A stretch of DNA of 64,000 nt from the human T2T-CHM13v2.0 reference genome, Homo sapiens. The position numbers and the translations under genes were made by a program. This document shows, piece by piece, positions 1 to 15,174 of the stretch. Under the pieces are notes generated by a model. The model did not search any database. It had not been told where the DNA came from and saw only the letters and a program-made list of their open reading frames with translations. Numbering within the stretch: the stretch's first letter is position 1; each line of letters starts with the position of its first letter. Where the stretch lies: assembly GCF_009914755.1 (NCBI RefSeq), contig NC_060936.1; one strand, given 5' to 3'.

Positions 1-850
1 TTCCAAGTTTACTAAGACTTTTTATCTTGAATTAGTGTAAAATTTTAACTTATAAATATTTACGTATACTGAGATAGTCATACGCTTTTTTTCTTCGAGT
101 GTTAAAATGTAAATAAATCTTAATATGTTTCCAATGGTAAAACATTCTTAGGTTAAAATCAACCTGCTTATGAGACACTACCTGTTTTCTCTTTAAAATA
201 CTATATTTAGGATTTTTGTTTTTATGTTCAAAAATAAACTTAAACTATAATTTTCCTTTGTCTTTGTTTGTTTGTTTGCTTTGGCAAACCAAGTTATAAT
301 AACCTCACAAAATAGTTGGTCAGTTTCCACCATTTTCCACTCTGCATAAGTTTATACGCAATAAAGTATTTGTTCCTTCAATGTTTTGTATAGCTCATAA
401 ATGAATTTTTTAAAAAACTTCTACTCTATGTTGGAAGCCTTTGATCATGATTTTGTTGATTAAATATTCTATATCCTAATATTTGTTTTCTTTAGCAGTT
501 TTTAAAGGATTGGGTTAAAAACTTCAAAATTTCAAAATATTATTGAATATTTTTAAGTGTCTCATTTTAATTACTTTAACTTTTATTCAGTAAATTTTAA
601 GGTTATATTACCAGGTTCATTCAGATTTAGGATAGATATTCCCCTTCTGTCGAAAATTTGCTGTATCTCTAGAATATCCCTATTTGCTAATAATGTTCTT
701 TTTGCTTCCAGTTTATTTTTCTGTCATGTTAATATTAATATCTCAATTTTCTTTTGATAAGTATCACCTGACATACATTTTTATATAAATTCTAAAACAT
801 CTGTTTTAGATATGTTCAATATTTAATATTGTTTACATAGCATATAGTAT
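1..850 (-). mobile_element. Old, degraded L1 (L1M/L1ME-type) fragments
   Basis: T-rich sequence with remnants of antisense L1 ORF2 motifs; edges vague. Confidence 0.45.
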
Positions 851-859
851 ATTTCATTA

Positions 860-995
860 CTGTTTATTTTGTCTCCCATTCTGGAAATTGAGTTTCCTGG
901 GGAAAGAAATTTTTATTTGATTCATTGTTTTACTAAAAGTATCTAGAACAATGCTTGGCATATACTAGGTTCTCAAAAGATACCATGAATAAATT
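860..995 (+). mobile_element. L2 3' end
   Basis: tatctagaacaatgcttggcatatactaggttctcaa...atgaataaat resembles the L2 terminus. Confidence 0.65.
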
Positions 996-3900
996 TTTCA
1001 TAATGTATTTCACAAATTGCATTTAACCAGACACCTTTATATTTTAATTCAAACTCAGGGTCATTTTCTTTTAATTTGGAAGATATTTTATTTGTTATTT
1101 ATTATAATTACCAAAAATGTGGATTTATTTCTACATGTTATTTGTGCAATATTTGCCATAATTTTTAACACACTTTGTTATCCATTCTTTGTCTTTCTTC
1201 TCCCATTTTACCTGATTTTTCTTTATTTCCTTTCTTCTTTTTTTATTAATATGTAATAATTTACATATTTATGGGGTACATGTGAACATTTGTTACTTGC
1301 AAAGAATATATAATGACCAAGTCGGGGCATAGGTATATCCATCACCTTGGGTGTTTATCAGTTTTATGTATTGGTATTTTTTCAAGACCTCCCTTCTAGT
1401 TACTTTGAAATATGCATAATATTATTGCTAAGGATAGTCACCCTAGTCTGCTATCAAACATTTGAACTCATTTCTTCTATCTAACCATATGTTTGTAACC
1501 ATAGCCAACCCCACTTCATCCCGCACACACCCCCCAAACTTGACACTTCTGTAATCTATTGTTCTATTCTCTATCTCCATGAGATCAAGTTCTTTAGCTC
1601 CCACGTCAGTGAGAATATGCAGTATATGTCTTTCTGTGCCTGGTTTATTTCTTTTAACATAATGACCTCCACTTCCATACATACTGCTTCAAGTGACATG
1701 ATTTATTTTTTCTGGCTCTGTAGTATTCCATGGTGTATATCTATCACATTTTCTTTATGGATTCACTGTGGAATCCATGAAGTGATGGAATCAACATACT
1801 CATTGATGGACACTTAGAATGACGTCCAAATATTTGCTATCATGAATAGTGATGCAATAAACATGCAAGTGTAGGTATCTCTTTGATATACTTATTTCTT
1901 TTCCTTTAGATAGATACCTGGTAGTGGAATTCTGGGGTCATATGGTAGTTCTATTTTAAGTTTTTTGAGAAATTGTCAACTGTTCTCCACAGTGGTTATA
2001 CTGATTTACATTCCCACCATCAATATATAAGGGTTCCCTTTTTTCTACACCCTTGCCACTATCTGTTGCTTTTGTCTTTTTAATAGTAACCATTCTAACT
2101 GAGATGATACCTCGTTGTGGTTTTGATTCACACTATTTTGATGTTAGTGATGTTAAGAATTTTTTTATATACCTGTTGGCCATTGTATGTCTCCTTCTGA
2201 GAAACACCTATTCATGTGCTTTGCCACCTTGTTAATGTGATTATTTGTGTTTTTACTGTCGAGATGTTTGAGTTCCTTATATATTCTGGATATTAGTCCC
2301 CTGGTGGATGAGTAATTTGAAATTATTTTCTCTCATTTTGTAGGTTGTCTCCTCACTCTGTTGACTGTTCATTTGTTGTCAGAAAATGTTTCATTTGAGA
2401 TAGTCTCATTTGTCTATTTTTGTTATTATTGCCTGTACTTTTGAGGTATTAGCCGACCTTATTGGTTGTCTAGACCAATCTCCTAAAGCAATTCACCTAT
2501 GTTTTATCCTAGTAGTTTTATAGTTTCTGGTCTTACGTTTAAGTTTTTTACTCCATCTTGAGTTGACTTTTTATATAATGAGAGATAGGGGTCAATTTTT
2601 ATTCTTCTCTGTATATGATTATCCAGTTTTTCCAACACCATTTATTGAAGAGACTGACCTTTCCCCAATGTATCTTCTCAGTGGCTTTGTGTAGATAAAT
2701 TGTTGCTAAATACATGGAATTATTTCTGGTTTCTCTATTCTGTTCCACTGGTCTATATGTCTGTTTTTACACCAAGACCATGCTGTTTCCCATTACTACA
2801 GCTTTATAGCATATTTTGAAGTCAGGTAGCATGATGTCACAACCTTTCTTCTTTTTGCTCAGGATTGCTTTGGCTATTCAGGATCATTTTTAGTTTCATA
2901 CAAATTTTAAGATAGTCTTTCTGTTTCAGTGAACAGTGACATTGGAATTTTGATAGAAATTGCATTGAATCTGCAAATCGCTTTGAGCAGTATAGTCATT
3001 TTAACAGTATTAATTCTGATCCATGAACATGAGGTGAATTTCCATTTGTTTGCGTCCTCTTCAATTTCTTTTATCAGTGTTTTGTAGTTTTCCTTGTACA
3101 GATCTTATACCACCGTGGTTAAATTTATTCCTAGGTTTTCTTTTTTCTTTTTTGTAGCTATTGTAAATGGGATTGGCTTCTTGATTTCTTCTGCTGCTAG
3201 TTTGTCACTGGTGTATAGAAATGCTACTAATTTTTATATGTTGATTTTGTATCCTGAAACTTTACTGAATCTGTTTATCAGTTCTAACAATTTTCAAGTG
3301 AGAATTTCTGTTTTTTTCTAGATATAAGATTATATCATCTGTAAAGAGGGACTGTTTGACTTCCAATTTGGATGCCTTTTCTTTTCTTGCCTAATTGCTC
3401 TGGCTTGGACTGATAGTATTATGTTGAATAAGAGCAGTGAGAGCAGGTACTCTTGCCTTGTTCCAATTCTTAGAGAAAAGACTTTCAACTTTCCCTCATT
3501 CAGTATGATGTTGCCTGTAGGTTTGTCATCTATGGCCATTATTATTTTAAAGTATGGTTCTTTTATGCCTAGTTTGTTGAGAATTTTTGCTACGACGAGG
3601 TATTGAATTTTGTCAGATGCCTTTTTGCGTGTCCATTGAGATAATCATATGCTAATATTATGTGTTACATTGATTTATTTTTGTGTGTTGAATGAACCTT
3701 TTATCCCTGGGATAAATCTCACTTGATTATGATGTATTATCTTTTGATGTATTATCTTTTGATGTACTGTTGGAATGGTTCTCTAGTATTTTCTTGAGAA
3801 CGTTTACATCTACGTTTATCGGAAATATTGGCCTATATTTTTCTTTTTTTGCTGTGTTCCTGCCTGGTTTTGTTATCAGGGTAATGCTGGCCTCATGAAA

Positions 3901-5278
3901 TGGGTTGTTTTATAAACTGAATCTGTTCACCAGTTATAAGAATTTTCAAGTGAAAATTTCTGGTTTTTCTAGATATAAGATTTTATTACCTGTAAACAGG
4001 GACTATTTGACTTCCAATTTGGATGCCTTTTCTTTTCTTGCCTAAATGCTCTGGCTTGGACTTACAGTACCATGTTGAATAAGAGTGGTCAGAGTGGATA
4101 CTCTTGTCTTGTTCCATTTCTTAGAGAAAAGGCTTTCAACTTTCCCTCATTCAGTATGAGTATGAGGGTAATGCTGGCCTCATGGAATGAGTTATGGAGA
4201 GTTTCTTCCTCTTAAATTTTTTGAAGTAATTAGAGGTAGGTTGGTTTTAGTTCTTCTTTATACATTTGGTGGAATTCCACAGTGAATCCATTCAGTACTT
4301 GGCTTTTCTTTCTTGGGAGTCTTTTTATTACTGATTCAATATAGCCACTTATTATGGGTCTGTTCAGGTGTTCTACTTCTTCCTGATTCAATCTTGTTAA
4401 GTTGTACGTGTTCAGAAAATTATTCATTTCCTCTATGCTATCTAGTTTGTTAGCATATAGTTACTCATATAGCTTCTGATGATCTTTTGTATTTCTGTGG
4501 TATCAATTATAATGTCTCCTTTTACATTTCTGGTTTTGTTTATTTGGGTCTTCCCTTTTCTTGGTTAATCTAGTTAGTAGTTTATCAATTTTATTTGTTT
4601 TTTCAAAGAGACAACTTATTATTTTATTAATCTTTGTATTTTTTAAAGTTTTAATTTTATTTATTTCTGCTTATTTATTATTTCTTTCCTTCTGCTAATT
4701 TGGGGTTTGGTTTGTTCTTGCTTTTCTAGTTCCTTGAGGTGCCTTGTTAGATTCTTTATTTAAAATCTTTTTTTAATGTAGGTATTTATTGCTATAGACT
4801 TCCCTCTTAGCCTGCTTTTGCTGGGTCCCACAAGTTATGGTATGTTGTTTTTTCCAGTTTCATTTGCTTCAAAAAAAATGTTCTCAATGGTCACTTAGGA
4901 ACATGTCATTTAATTTCTACATATTTGTAAAGTTTCCAAAGTACTTCTTGGGACGAATTTCTAGTTTTATTCCATTGTAGTCTGAGAAATTACTTGATAT
5001 AATTTTGATTTTTTAAAACTATGTTGAGACTTCTTTGTGGCTAAAAAGATGGTCAATCCTGGAGAATGTCCCATGTGTGGATGAGAAGAATGTGTATTTT
5101 GCAGCTGTTAGATAAAATGTTCTGTAAATTTCTGTTAGGTCTATTTGGTAAAAGTCCAGTTTAAGTCTAAATGATTCTTTGCTGATTTTCTATCTCTGTC
5201 TAATGCTAATAGTGGGTTACAAAGTTCCCCATTTCTATTGTATTGTAGTCTCTTTCTTTACATCTACTGTTTACTTTA

Positions 5279-5649
5279 TGATATGGTTTTGCTGTGTCCC
5301 CACCCAAATTTCATCTTGAATTGTAGTTCTCATAATCCCCATGTGTCATGAGAGGGACCTGGTGGGAGATAATAGAATCATGGGGGTGGTTTCTTCCATC
5401 CTGTTCTTGTGATAGTGAGTTAGTTCTCACAAAAATCTGACAGTTTTATAAGGTGCTTTTCCCCCTTTTGCTCAGCACTTCTCCTTACTGCCGCCATATG
5501 AAGAAGGATGTGTTTCTTCCCCATCTGCCGTGATTGTAAGCTTCCTGAGTTCTCCCCAGCCATGCTGAACTGTGAGTCAACCTCTTACCTTTATAAATCA
5601 CCCAGTCTTGAGTGTGTCTTTATTAGAAGTATGAGAATGGACTAATATA
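5279..5649 (+). mobile_element. THE1 (THE1D-like) MaLR solo LTR
   Basis: tgatatggttttgctgtgtccccacccaa...gaatggactaatata; 5-bp TSD CTTTA at 5274-5278 and 5650-5654. Confidence 0.93.
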
Positions 5650-6785
5650 CTTTATGAGTCTGGATGCTCCAGTATTGGGTGCATATATATTTAGAATTGT
5701 TATATTATCTTCCTGGATTGATGTCTTTATCATTATATAATGATATTCTTTGTCTTTTTAGTGATTTTTGCTTTAAAGTCTGTTTTAGCTGATACAAGTT
5801 TTATTGCTTTCGGTTTCTGTGTGCATGGGTTATCTTTTTCTACCCCTTAAATTTTGTCTATATGTATCTACAGGTAAAGTACATTCAGGTAGGTAGCATT
5901 TAGTTGTTTCAGGTTTTTTAATCCATTCAGCCAGTGTATATCTCTTAAGTTAATAATTTTATTTATTTATGTTGGGGGTTATTATTGATATGTGAGGTTT
6001 TATTTCTGTGATGTTATTAATTGTTTTCTGGTTGCTTTGTATATTATCTATTCATTTCTTTTTGTCTTATTGATTGTCCTTATGGTTTGTTGATTTTCTA
6101 TGGTGGTACCATTTAAGCCTTTTCTCTTCCTCATTTATGTGTTTGCTTTACCAGTAGTTTCATATTTTCATGTGTTTTCATGATGGTAATGGTTGTTCTT
6201 TCACTTCCAGATTTAGAACTCCCTTGTAATTCATATCTAGTGGTGGTAAATTTCCTTATCATTTGTTTATTTGGGAAACACTTTATTTCCCCTCATTTAT
6301 GAAGGATAATTTTGCTGGAAACAAAATCCTTGGGTGGCAATTAGCAGGGTTTTCTTCTTCTTCTTATACTTTGAATATATCCTCCCATTCTCTTCTGTCC
6401 TATAAGGTTTCTGCTAAGAAGCCTACCGTTAGTCTAATGAGATCTTCTTTATAGATAACTAGATGCTTTTCTTTTGCTGCTTTTAGAATTTTCTCTTTGT
6501 TGTTAACTTTAGATAATTTGACTATAATGTGCCATGGAGAAGACTTTCCACACTGTATCTGATTTGGGATGACTGGACCTCCTGTATCTGGATGTCTAAA
6601 TTTTTTGCTAGACTTGAGAAGTTTTCTTCTATTTTTTAAAAAAGGTTTTCAAACTCGTTTATTCTGTTATCACCTTTGGAAATAGCAATAATTTGTATAT
6701 TTGGTCACGTTATGGTATCCCATATATCAGAAAGACTGTTCATTCTTCTTATTTTTTCTTTATTTTTGCCTTACTGGGCTATTTC

Positions 6786-9590
6786 TTTTTCTTTCTTTCT
6801 TTTTAATTATACTTTAAGTTCTGGGATACATGTGCAGAAGGTGCAGGTTTGTTACATAGGTAAACATGTGCCATGGTGGTTTGCGGCACCCATCAACCCG
6901 TTATCTACATTAGGTATTTCTCCTAAGGCTATCCCTCCCCTTGCCCCCAAACTCCTAACAGGCCCAGGTGTGTGATGTTCCCCTCCCTGTGTCCATGTGT
7001 TCTCATTGTTCAACTCCCACTTATGAGTGAGAACATGAGGTGTTTGGTTTTCTGTTCTGGTGTTAGTTTGCTGAGAATGATGGTTTACAGCTTCATCCAT
7101 GTCCCTGCAAAGAACATGAACTCATTCTTTTTTATGGCTGCATAGTATTCCAGAGTGTATATGTGCTACATTTTCTTTATCTAGTCTATCATTGATGGGC
7201 ATTTAGGTTGGTTCCAAGTCTTTGCTATTGTAAATAGTGCTGAAATAAACATATGTGTACATGTGTCTTTATAGTAGAATAATTTATAATCTATAATTTG
7301 GTTATATACCCAGTAATGGGATTCCTGGGTCAAATGGTATTTCTGTTTCTAGATCCTTGAGGTATCACCACACTGTCTTCCACAATGGTTGAACTAATTT
7401 ACACTCCCACCAACAGTGTAAAAGCATTCCTATTGCTTCACATTCCCTCCAGCATCTGTTGTTTCCTGACTTTTTAATGATCGCCATTCTAACTGGCGTG
7501 AGATGGTATCTCATCATGGTTTTGATTTGAATTTTTCTAATGACCAATGATGATAAGGCTGTTTTTCATATGTTTGTTGGCCACATAAATGTATTCATTT
7601 GAGAAGTGTCTGTTCATATCCTTCACCCACTTTTTGATGGGGTCGTTTGTTTTTTTCTTGTAAATTTGTTTAAGATTCCTGTAGATTCTGGATATTAGCC
7701 CTTTGTCAGATGGATAGATTGCAAAAATTTACTTCCATTCTGTAGGCTGCCTGTTCATTCTGATGATAGTTTCTTTTGCTGTGCAGAAGCTCTTCAGTTT
7801 AATTAGATCTCATTTGTCAATTTTAGTTTTTGTTGCAATTGCTTTTTTTTTTTTTTTTGTAATGAAGTCTTTGCCCATGCCGTTGTCCTGAATGGTATTG
7901 TCTAGGTTTTCTTCTAGGGTTTCTATGGTTTTACGTCATATGTTTAAGTCTTTAATCCATCTTGAGTTAATTTTTGTATATATAGTGTAAGGAAAGGGTC
8001 CAGTTTCAGTTGTCTGCATGTGGCTATCCAGTTTTCTGAACACCATTTAATAAATAGGGAATCCTTTCCCCATTGCTTGTTTTTGTCAGGCTTGTCAAAG
8101 ATCAGATGGTTGTAGATTTGTGATGTTATTTTGAAGGCCTCTGTTCTGTTCTGTTGGTCTATATATCTGTTTTAGTACCAGTACCATGCTGTTTTGGTTA
8201 TTGTAGTTTTGTAGTATAGTTTGAAGTCAGGTAGCATTATGGCTCCAGCTTTTTTCTTTTTGCTTAGGATTGTCTTGGCTATATAGGCTCTTTTTTTGTT
8301 CCATATGAAATTTAAAGTAGTTTTTTCTAATTCTGTGAAGAAAGTCAATGGTAACTTGATGGGAATAGCATTGAATCTCTAAATTACTTTGGGAAGTATG
8401 GCCATTTTCATGATATTGATTGATTCTTCCTATCCATGAGCATGAAATGTTTTTCCTTTTGTTGTGTCCTCTCTTATTTCCTTGAGCAGTAATTTGTAGC
8501 TCTCCTTGAAGAAGTCCTTCACATCCCTTGTAAATTGTAGTCCTAGGTATTTTATTCTCTTTGTAGCCATTGTGAATGGGAGTTCACTCATGATTTGACT
8601 CTGTGTTTGTCTATTACTGATGTATAGGAATGCTTGTGATTTTTGCACATTGATTTTGTATCCTGAGACTTTGCTGAAGTTGCTTATCAGCTTAAGGAGA
8701 TTTTGGACTGAGACAATGGGGTTTTCTAAATATACGATCATGTCATCTGCAAGCAGAGACAATATGTCTTCCTCTCTTCCTATTTGAATACCCTTTATTT
8801 CTTTCTCTCACCTGATTGCCCTGGCCAGGACTTCCAATACTATGTTAAATAGGAATGGTGAGAGAGGGCATTTTTGTCTTGTGCTGGTTTTCAAAGAGAA
8901 TGCTTCCAGCTTTTGCACATTCAGTATGATATTGGCTGTGGGTTTGTCATAAATAGCTTTTATTATTTTGAGATACATTCCATCGATACCTAGTTTATTG
9001 AGAGTTTTTAGCATGAAGGGGTGTTGAATTTTATCAAAGGCCTTTTCTGCACCTATTCAGATAATCATATGGTTTTTGTCATTGGTTCTGTTTATGTGAT
9101 GGATTATGTTGATTGATTTGTGTATGTTGAACCAGCCTTGCTTTCCAGGGATGAAGCTAACTTGATCATGGTGGATAAGCTTTTTGATGTGCTGCTGGAT
9201 TTGGTTTGCCAGTATTGTATTGAGGGTTTTTGCATCAATGTTCATCAGGGATATTGGCCTGAAATTTTCTTTTTTTGTTTTGTCTCTGCCAGGTTTTGGT
9301 ATCAAAATGATGCTGGCCTCATAAAATGAGTCCCTCCTTTTCTATTGATGGGAATAGTTTCAGAAGGAATGGTACCAGCTCCTCTTTGTACCACTGGAAG
9401 AATTCGGCAGTGAATCCATCTGGTCCTGGTCTTTTATTTGTTGGTAGGCTATTAATTACTGCCTCAATTTCAGAACTTGTTATTGGTCTATTCAGGGATT
9501 CAGCTTCTTCTTGGTTTAGTATTGGGAGGGTGTATGTGTCCCGGAATTTATCCATTTCTTTTAGATTTTCTAGTTTATTTGCATAAATGT
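6786..9590 (-). mobile_element. 5'-truncated L1PA (L1PA7-like), about 2.8 kb
   Basis: Poly-T, L1PA 3'UTR, and frameshifted ORF2 RT fragments (ORFs 8430-8762, 8808-9014, 9057-9305, 9319-9555). Confidence 0.93.
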
Positions 9591-10679
9591 GCAGTGGTGT
9601 AGTTTCTTTATGATTTCTTTAGCTGTAGACAACATCAGTGGGACCTGTGATTTCCTTGGTGGTTTAGGATACGGTTATAAGGGGAAGCTATGGTGAAGTT
9701 TTTCTAGAGACAGAGATGCAAGCTGGGCCAGTCTTCAGACTCTGGTGGAGGTAGTGATGGGCTAGAGCATGCCTCATCTTAGGCCTCAAGGCAGCATATG
9801 GCTCACACTGGTGTTAGTGGGACCAGCAGGCTGATTCTTGAGCCTCCAGGTGGTTTGCTCTGATGCCAGTGGTGAGCCAGGTTGGCGAGCAGATTATTGG
9901 ATGTCTAGGTTGCCAGCATGGTGTGATGGCAGTAGCAGTGGTGAGATAACTCTCTGTGTCCTGGGTGATGCATACTGTTACTGGCAATGACTGTGGTGCG
10001 GGGTCTCCATCCATAGCCCCAGACACTCTCCCACATTCTGCAGCAGTGCTACAGTGCCACCCAGATGTGGGGAGAGACCTCATGCTTCAAACATAACCCC
10101 GGACATGGAGATCATTCCACCTGTGGGGATGCAGTCATCACTCACAGCCCCAGACAGTCAGTCTTTGGTTTGCCTGCCCCAGTGTCTGATGGCAGCAGAA
10201 GCAGCTATGTCTGCAGTGGTGTGTGGAGGGATAAAAGAGGTCCTAATTTCCATGCATGAGCCTGAATGCACAAGTCATTCTGTCTGTGAGAGGGGATCTC
10301 ATTATTTGCTTGCAAGGCTAAGCACAGAATTTTTGCCACTGGTAGGGTGGAGTAACTTCTTACAACCTCAAATAGGGTGCCCTCAAGCTCTGGAAACATA
10401 CACTTTGGTTTCCTTTGTCCCAGGGTCTGCCTTTTTGTGTGCACTGCACTGTCCTTTCACCTGGGAGTAGTACTCCCTGTGGGCTAGAGTAATGGGAACC
10501 ACATAGCATCTTAGGGTCCTGCCAATGCTCTGCCGCTGCAGCCTTCTGGGTGGACACTGGGGTGTGTCAGTGGGAGCTCTCAGGATGCAGAGATATAGGG
10601 GCTATGGTTCCCAGGGTAGGAAGCAGTCCTGTGATGACTGTGCTCTCACAATGGAGCCATTTTTTTTAAGTTAAATTAT

Positions 10680-11220
10680 GTTTTTGAAAATTTTCTGAGA
10701 ACTTATCTGTTCTCTCCTTGGAAAGTCTTATGAGAAAGATTCTATTTTTAGGTCTCTTAACTGTCCCAGATTTTTTATTCTATTTTTTTTTTTTTTAAAT
10801 AATTGTGTGCTGCCACTCTGGGCAATTCCCTTACAACTACCTTCCAGACTACTAATTCTAGCCTTAGCTGAGTCTAATCTGCTATTTAATCCATTCATTG
10901 AGTGCTTATATTTTGTTTCAATTATATTTTTAAATATCAAATATAGCTAATTTTGTTCTTTTTTCAATCTGCTTTTTCCAAATATTTGTATTTCTGCCTC
11001 ATTTCTGTTTTAAAGCATTTTGTTCTATCTTACATTTTGTCCTTTTGTGGTAATTTTTATGCCTTCCTTTACAGTTTTACAGGTTTTATACACAGTAGAT
11101 TTGTTTTATAGTCTTGACCTAGCTCTATTATGCCAAGTTTTGCTTCTCTTTGTTATAACTGATGATTCATACATGGTACATTTTTCATTGATTTCTGTTA
11201 TGATCTATTTGTAATTGCAA
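10680..11220 (-). mobile_element. Old L1/HAL1 ORF1-region fragment
   Basis: ORF 10728-10940 MNGLNSRLDSAKARISSLE resembles the L1 ORF1p coiled coil. Confidence 0.6.
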
Positions 11221-12770
11221 GTTCCTTTTTAGCAAAATAAAGCTTGTATTTTTTTTCCTATACCAAATATAATACAGCCTGGATTTTAAGAAGGTAGTTC
11301 TAGAGTAGTATTACTTATTTCCAAGAGTATCTCTGGATGAGGACAACTTTTTTTTTTTTTTTTTTTTTAACCTCTGGGACTGGGTGTTTTTGCAGGACAG
11401 AGAGAGGTATAGTTACATATAATATCACCTGAGGCACAGGCTTAAGGTCTTGATTTCTCAAAGGGAGACATTTTTTCCTCACTTAAATTTACATCAGGAT
11501 AAAATTTTTATTTTATTTTCTGCTGCAGCTGGAGGTCACGGTATGTCCAATATTCCTTTATCTTTTGAGAAGCCCTTTGTAGCTTCAAGATTTATTGTAG
11601 CAGTCTGTTTTAACTCACATCCCTAAAGTGAACACAGAATCAGCTTTTGCTCCTAACCCCAGCTTTTGTCCCCTTTCTGTTTGTGCCACAGGGGGATTTC
11701 TTATCTTTCATAAGAACACAGATGATTCATCCATATTATTCAGTGCTTCCACTTGTTTGTAGGGGTAAAAGAAAGGTTTTTGCATCACTTTAAATGGCAA
11801 TTTTATAGAAAGAGGTTTTGTTTTTAGTTTACTATTCTAACAATGCTAGATATAAGTGAATTTTAATGGAAAATGGGGAATGTGCTCAAACACATATGTG
11901 GGTGGACATGGTGCAAAATAGAGAAAGCATGGCCAACATCAGGATTTTGAAAGTGGAAATGAACAAGAATATCACCAATATTTACAGACATATTGTAGAA
12001 TTTTGTATATCCCCATAAGGCATATGATTGAGAGCTCAAGTCAATCTTCATTGCCAAGACTAAGTATAGCTCTCTAAAGTAATTAAAAAATGACTCCAAA
12101 TGATGGTGCTGAATTACTGTGTTATAATAACCTACAAAAGGGAAAATAATGATTCTTATATTGATCTGTGAATGAGAAAAACAAAAGTGCAGAAGTTTTA
12201 GGAATTCTTTTAAATTATAATCCATAGTTAGCAACAGAATACAGTTAACTTGCAAGTGCTAGTACTACTTTGTAAAGCAATATTTCAATATATTTTAAAA
12301 ATAGTTAAATTGAATTTTCAGTTAAAGATTGAAAAGCATAGCACTCTAATATAATGTAATCCAATTTCTAATTACTATATTGATATAATATGAGTTACCA
12401 TATAAATGTGACAAACTCACACTGCACTAACTTTCATGCAACTTCATGCATTTTAAAAAATTATCAGTAATACCCACCATCACATTTTAACAAAAAATAT
12501 GAGATTCATTAATTAAGCTTAGGTAATGTTACCACACTGTATTCCTGTGTGGGCTATAGGGTAAATCAATCATTTCATTAGTTCTAATGAGGTGCATGTT
12601 TATGCAAACACACACATTAATCTTATAATTTTTGTGGACTTTGTAGATGAGTAAACTGACATTAAGAGGTTAAAATTTTAAAACACTTACCAAATTACAA
12701 AATAATTCTAGCAAAGCCGAGCTACCTAAGTAGGCCTCCTAACTCTAGATAGAAGTTATTTTTACTAGAC

Positions 12771-14443
<1,673 letters not shown>

Positions 14444-14546
14444 TATAGACTGAACTCCATGCCTTAAGAGGAAAATGAAGCCAATATATTCTTACAAGAG
14501 AAGAGATACACGACAAAGCAACAACATACACCTTTCATTCCAACTC

Positions 14547-14946
14547 TGCTGAGTCATCGATGGCACTTTTAGATCTTAGGCGGGTAACAGCAAAATAAGG
14601 TGAGAATTTCAAATAATCAACTTTCTAAGATAAATTTATAAAAGCCCTTTTATAGCATTGATACCCTATCTTAGTTCTTGGAAGTTAATGAAAGAGGGAA
14701 GTTTAAACAACTAAATTAATACTAGTAACAGTTAAGTTGTATGAATTAAGTGTGTCAATAGTAAGTGTTAACGGAAGAGATTGGAAAAACTGATTTTCCC
14801 AGTCACTCAAGGTGCTCAAACCGATCATGGGAACATGTAGTTTTATTTGTGTAACAACTGATAAGATAAAATCAACAGAGACCAAAACTCCTTTCACAGT
14901 GTTATAGTGAATCATTAAACACGAAACGAGCCTCTGACCTTGCCCT
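14547..14946 (+). promoter_or_regulatory. Candidate promoter/enhancer motif cluster
   Basis: TGCTGAGTCAT (ARE/NF-E2 consensus, 14547-14557); tandem GATAA (14859-14869); GTGAATCATTAAA (HNF1-like, 14907-14919); TGACCTTG (NR5A/ERR-type, 14935-14942). Confidence 0.4.
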
Positions 14947-14997
14947 GTTGGCATTTCTACTGGCCAGAGAAATACAACTTAAAGAAGAACATATAAG
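14880..14997 (+). other. PIK3C2G: Candidate distal alternative first exon (start approximate)
   Basis: Perfect donor AAG|gtaagt at 14997/14998 in unique sequence next to a cluster of TF motifs. Confidence 0.45.
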
Positions 14998-15137
14998 GTA
15001 AGTAATGTAAATGTACACTGTACTATGAAATGTATCCTGAAATGAAGTTTTCAACATCAAGATTATTTGATTTATGTAATCAGAAATGCCTGAATAATTA
15101 TAAAATTATTAATTCATAAAGTTTAAATCCTATAAAG

Positions 15138-15143
<6 letters not shown>

Positions 15144-15172
<29 letters not shown>
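15144..15172. repeat. (TG)n microsatellite
   Basis: About 14 uninterrupted TG units. Confidence 0.97.

Positions 15173-15174
<2 letters not shown>

Larger units (their letters stand above)
1238..10658 (-). mobile_element. Near full-length L1MA (L1MA2/3-like), interrupted by THE1 and L1PA
   Basis: 3'UTR at 1238-1700 (catatttatggggtacatg...); ORF2 remnants (ORFs 3330-3539, 4230-4427); ORF1 region about 6200-6785; GC-richer 5'UTR 9591-10658. Confidence 0.88.

Noticed and set aside
7365-9555. Reverse transcriptase-like ORFs
   Set aside because: Frameshifted L1 ORF2 remnants of a truncated element, not a host gene or a new RT system.
9814-10557. GC-richer region with several overlapping ORFs
   Set aside because: L1 5'UTR remnant, CpG-depleted; not a CpG island or gene.
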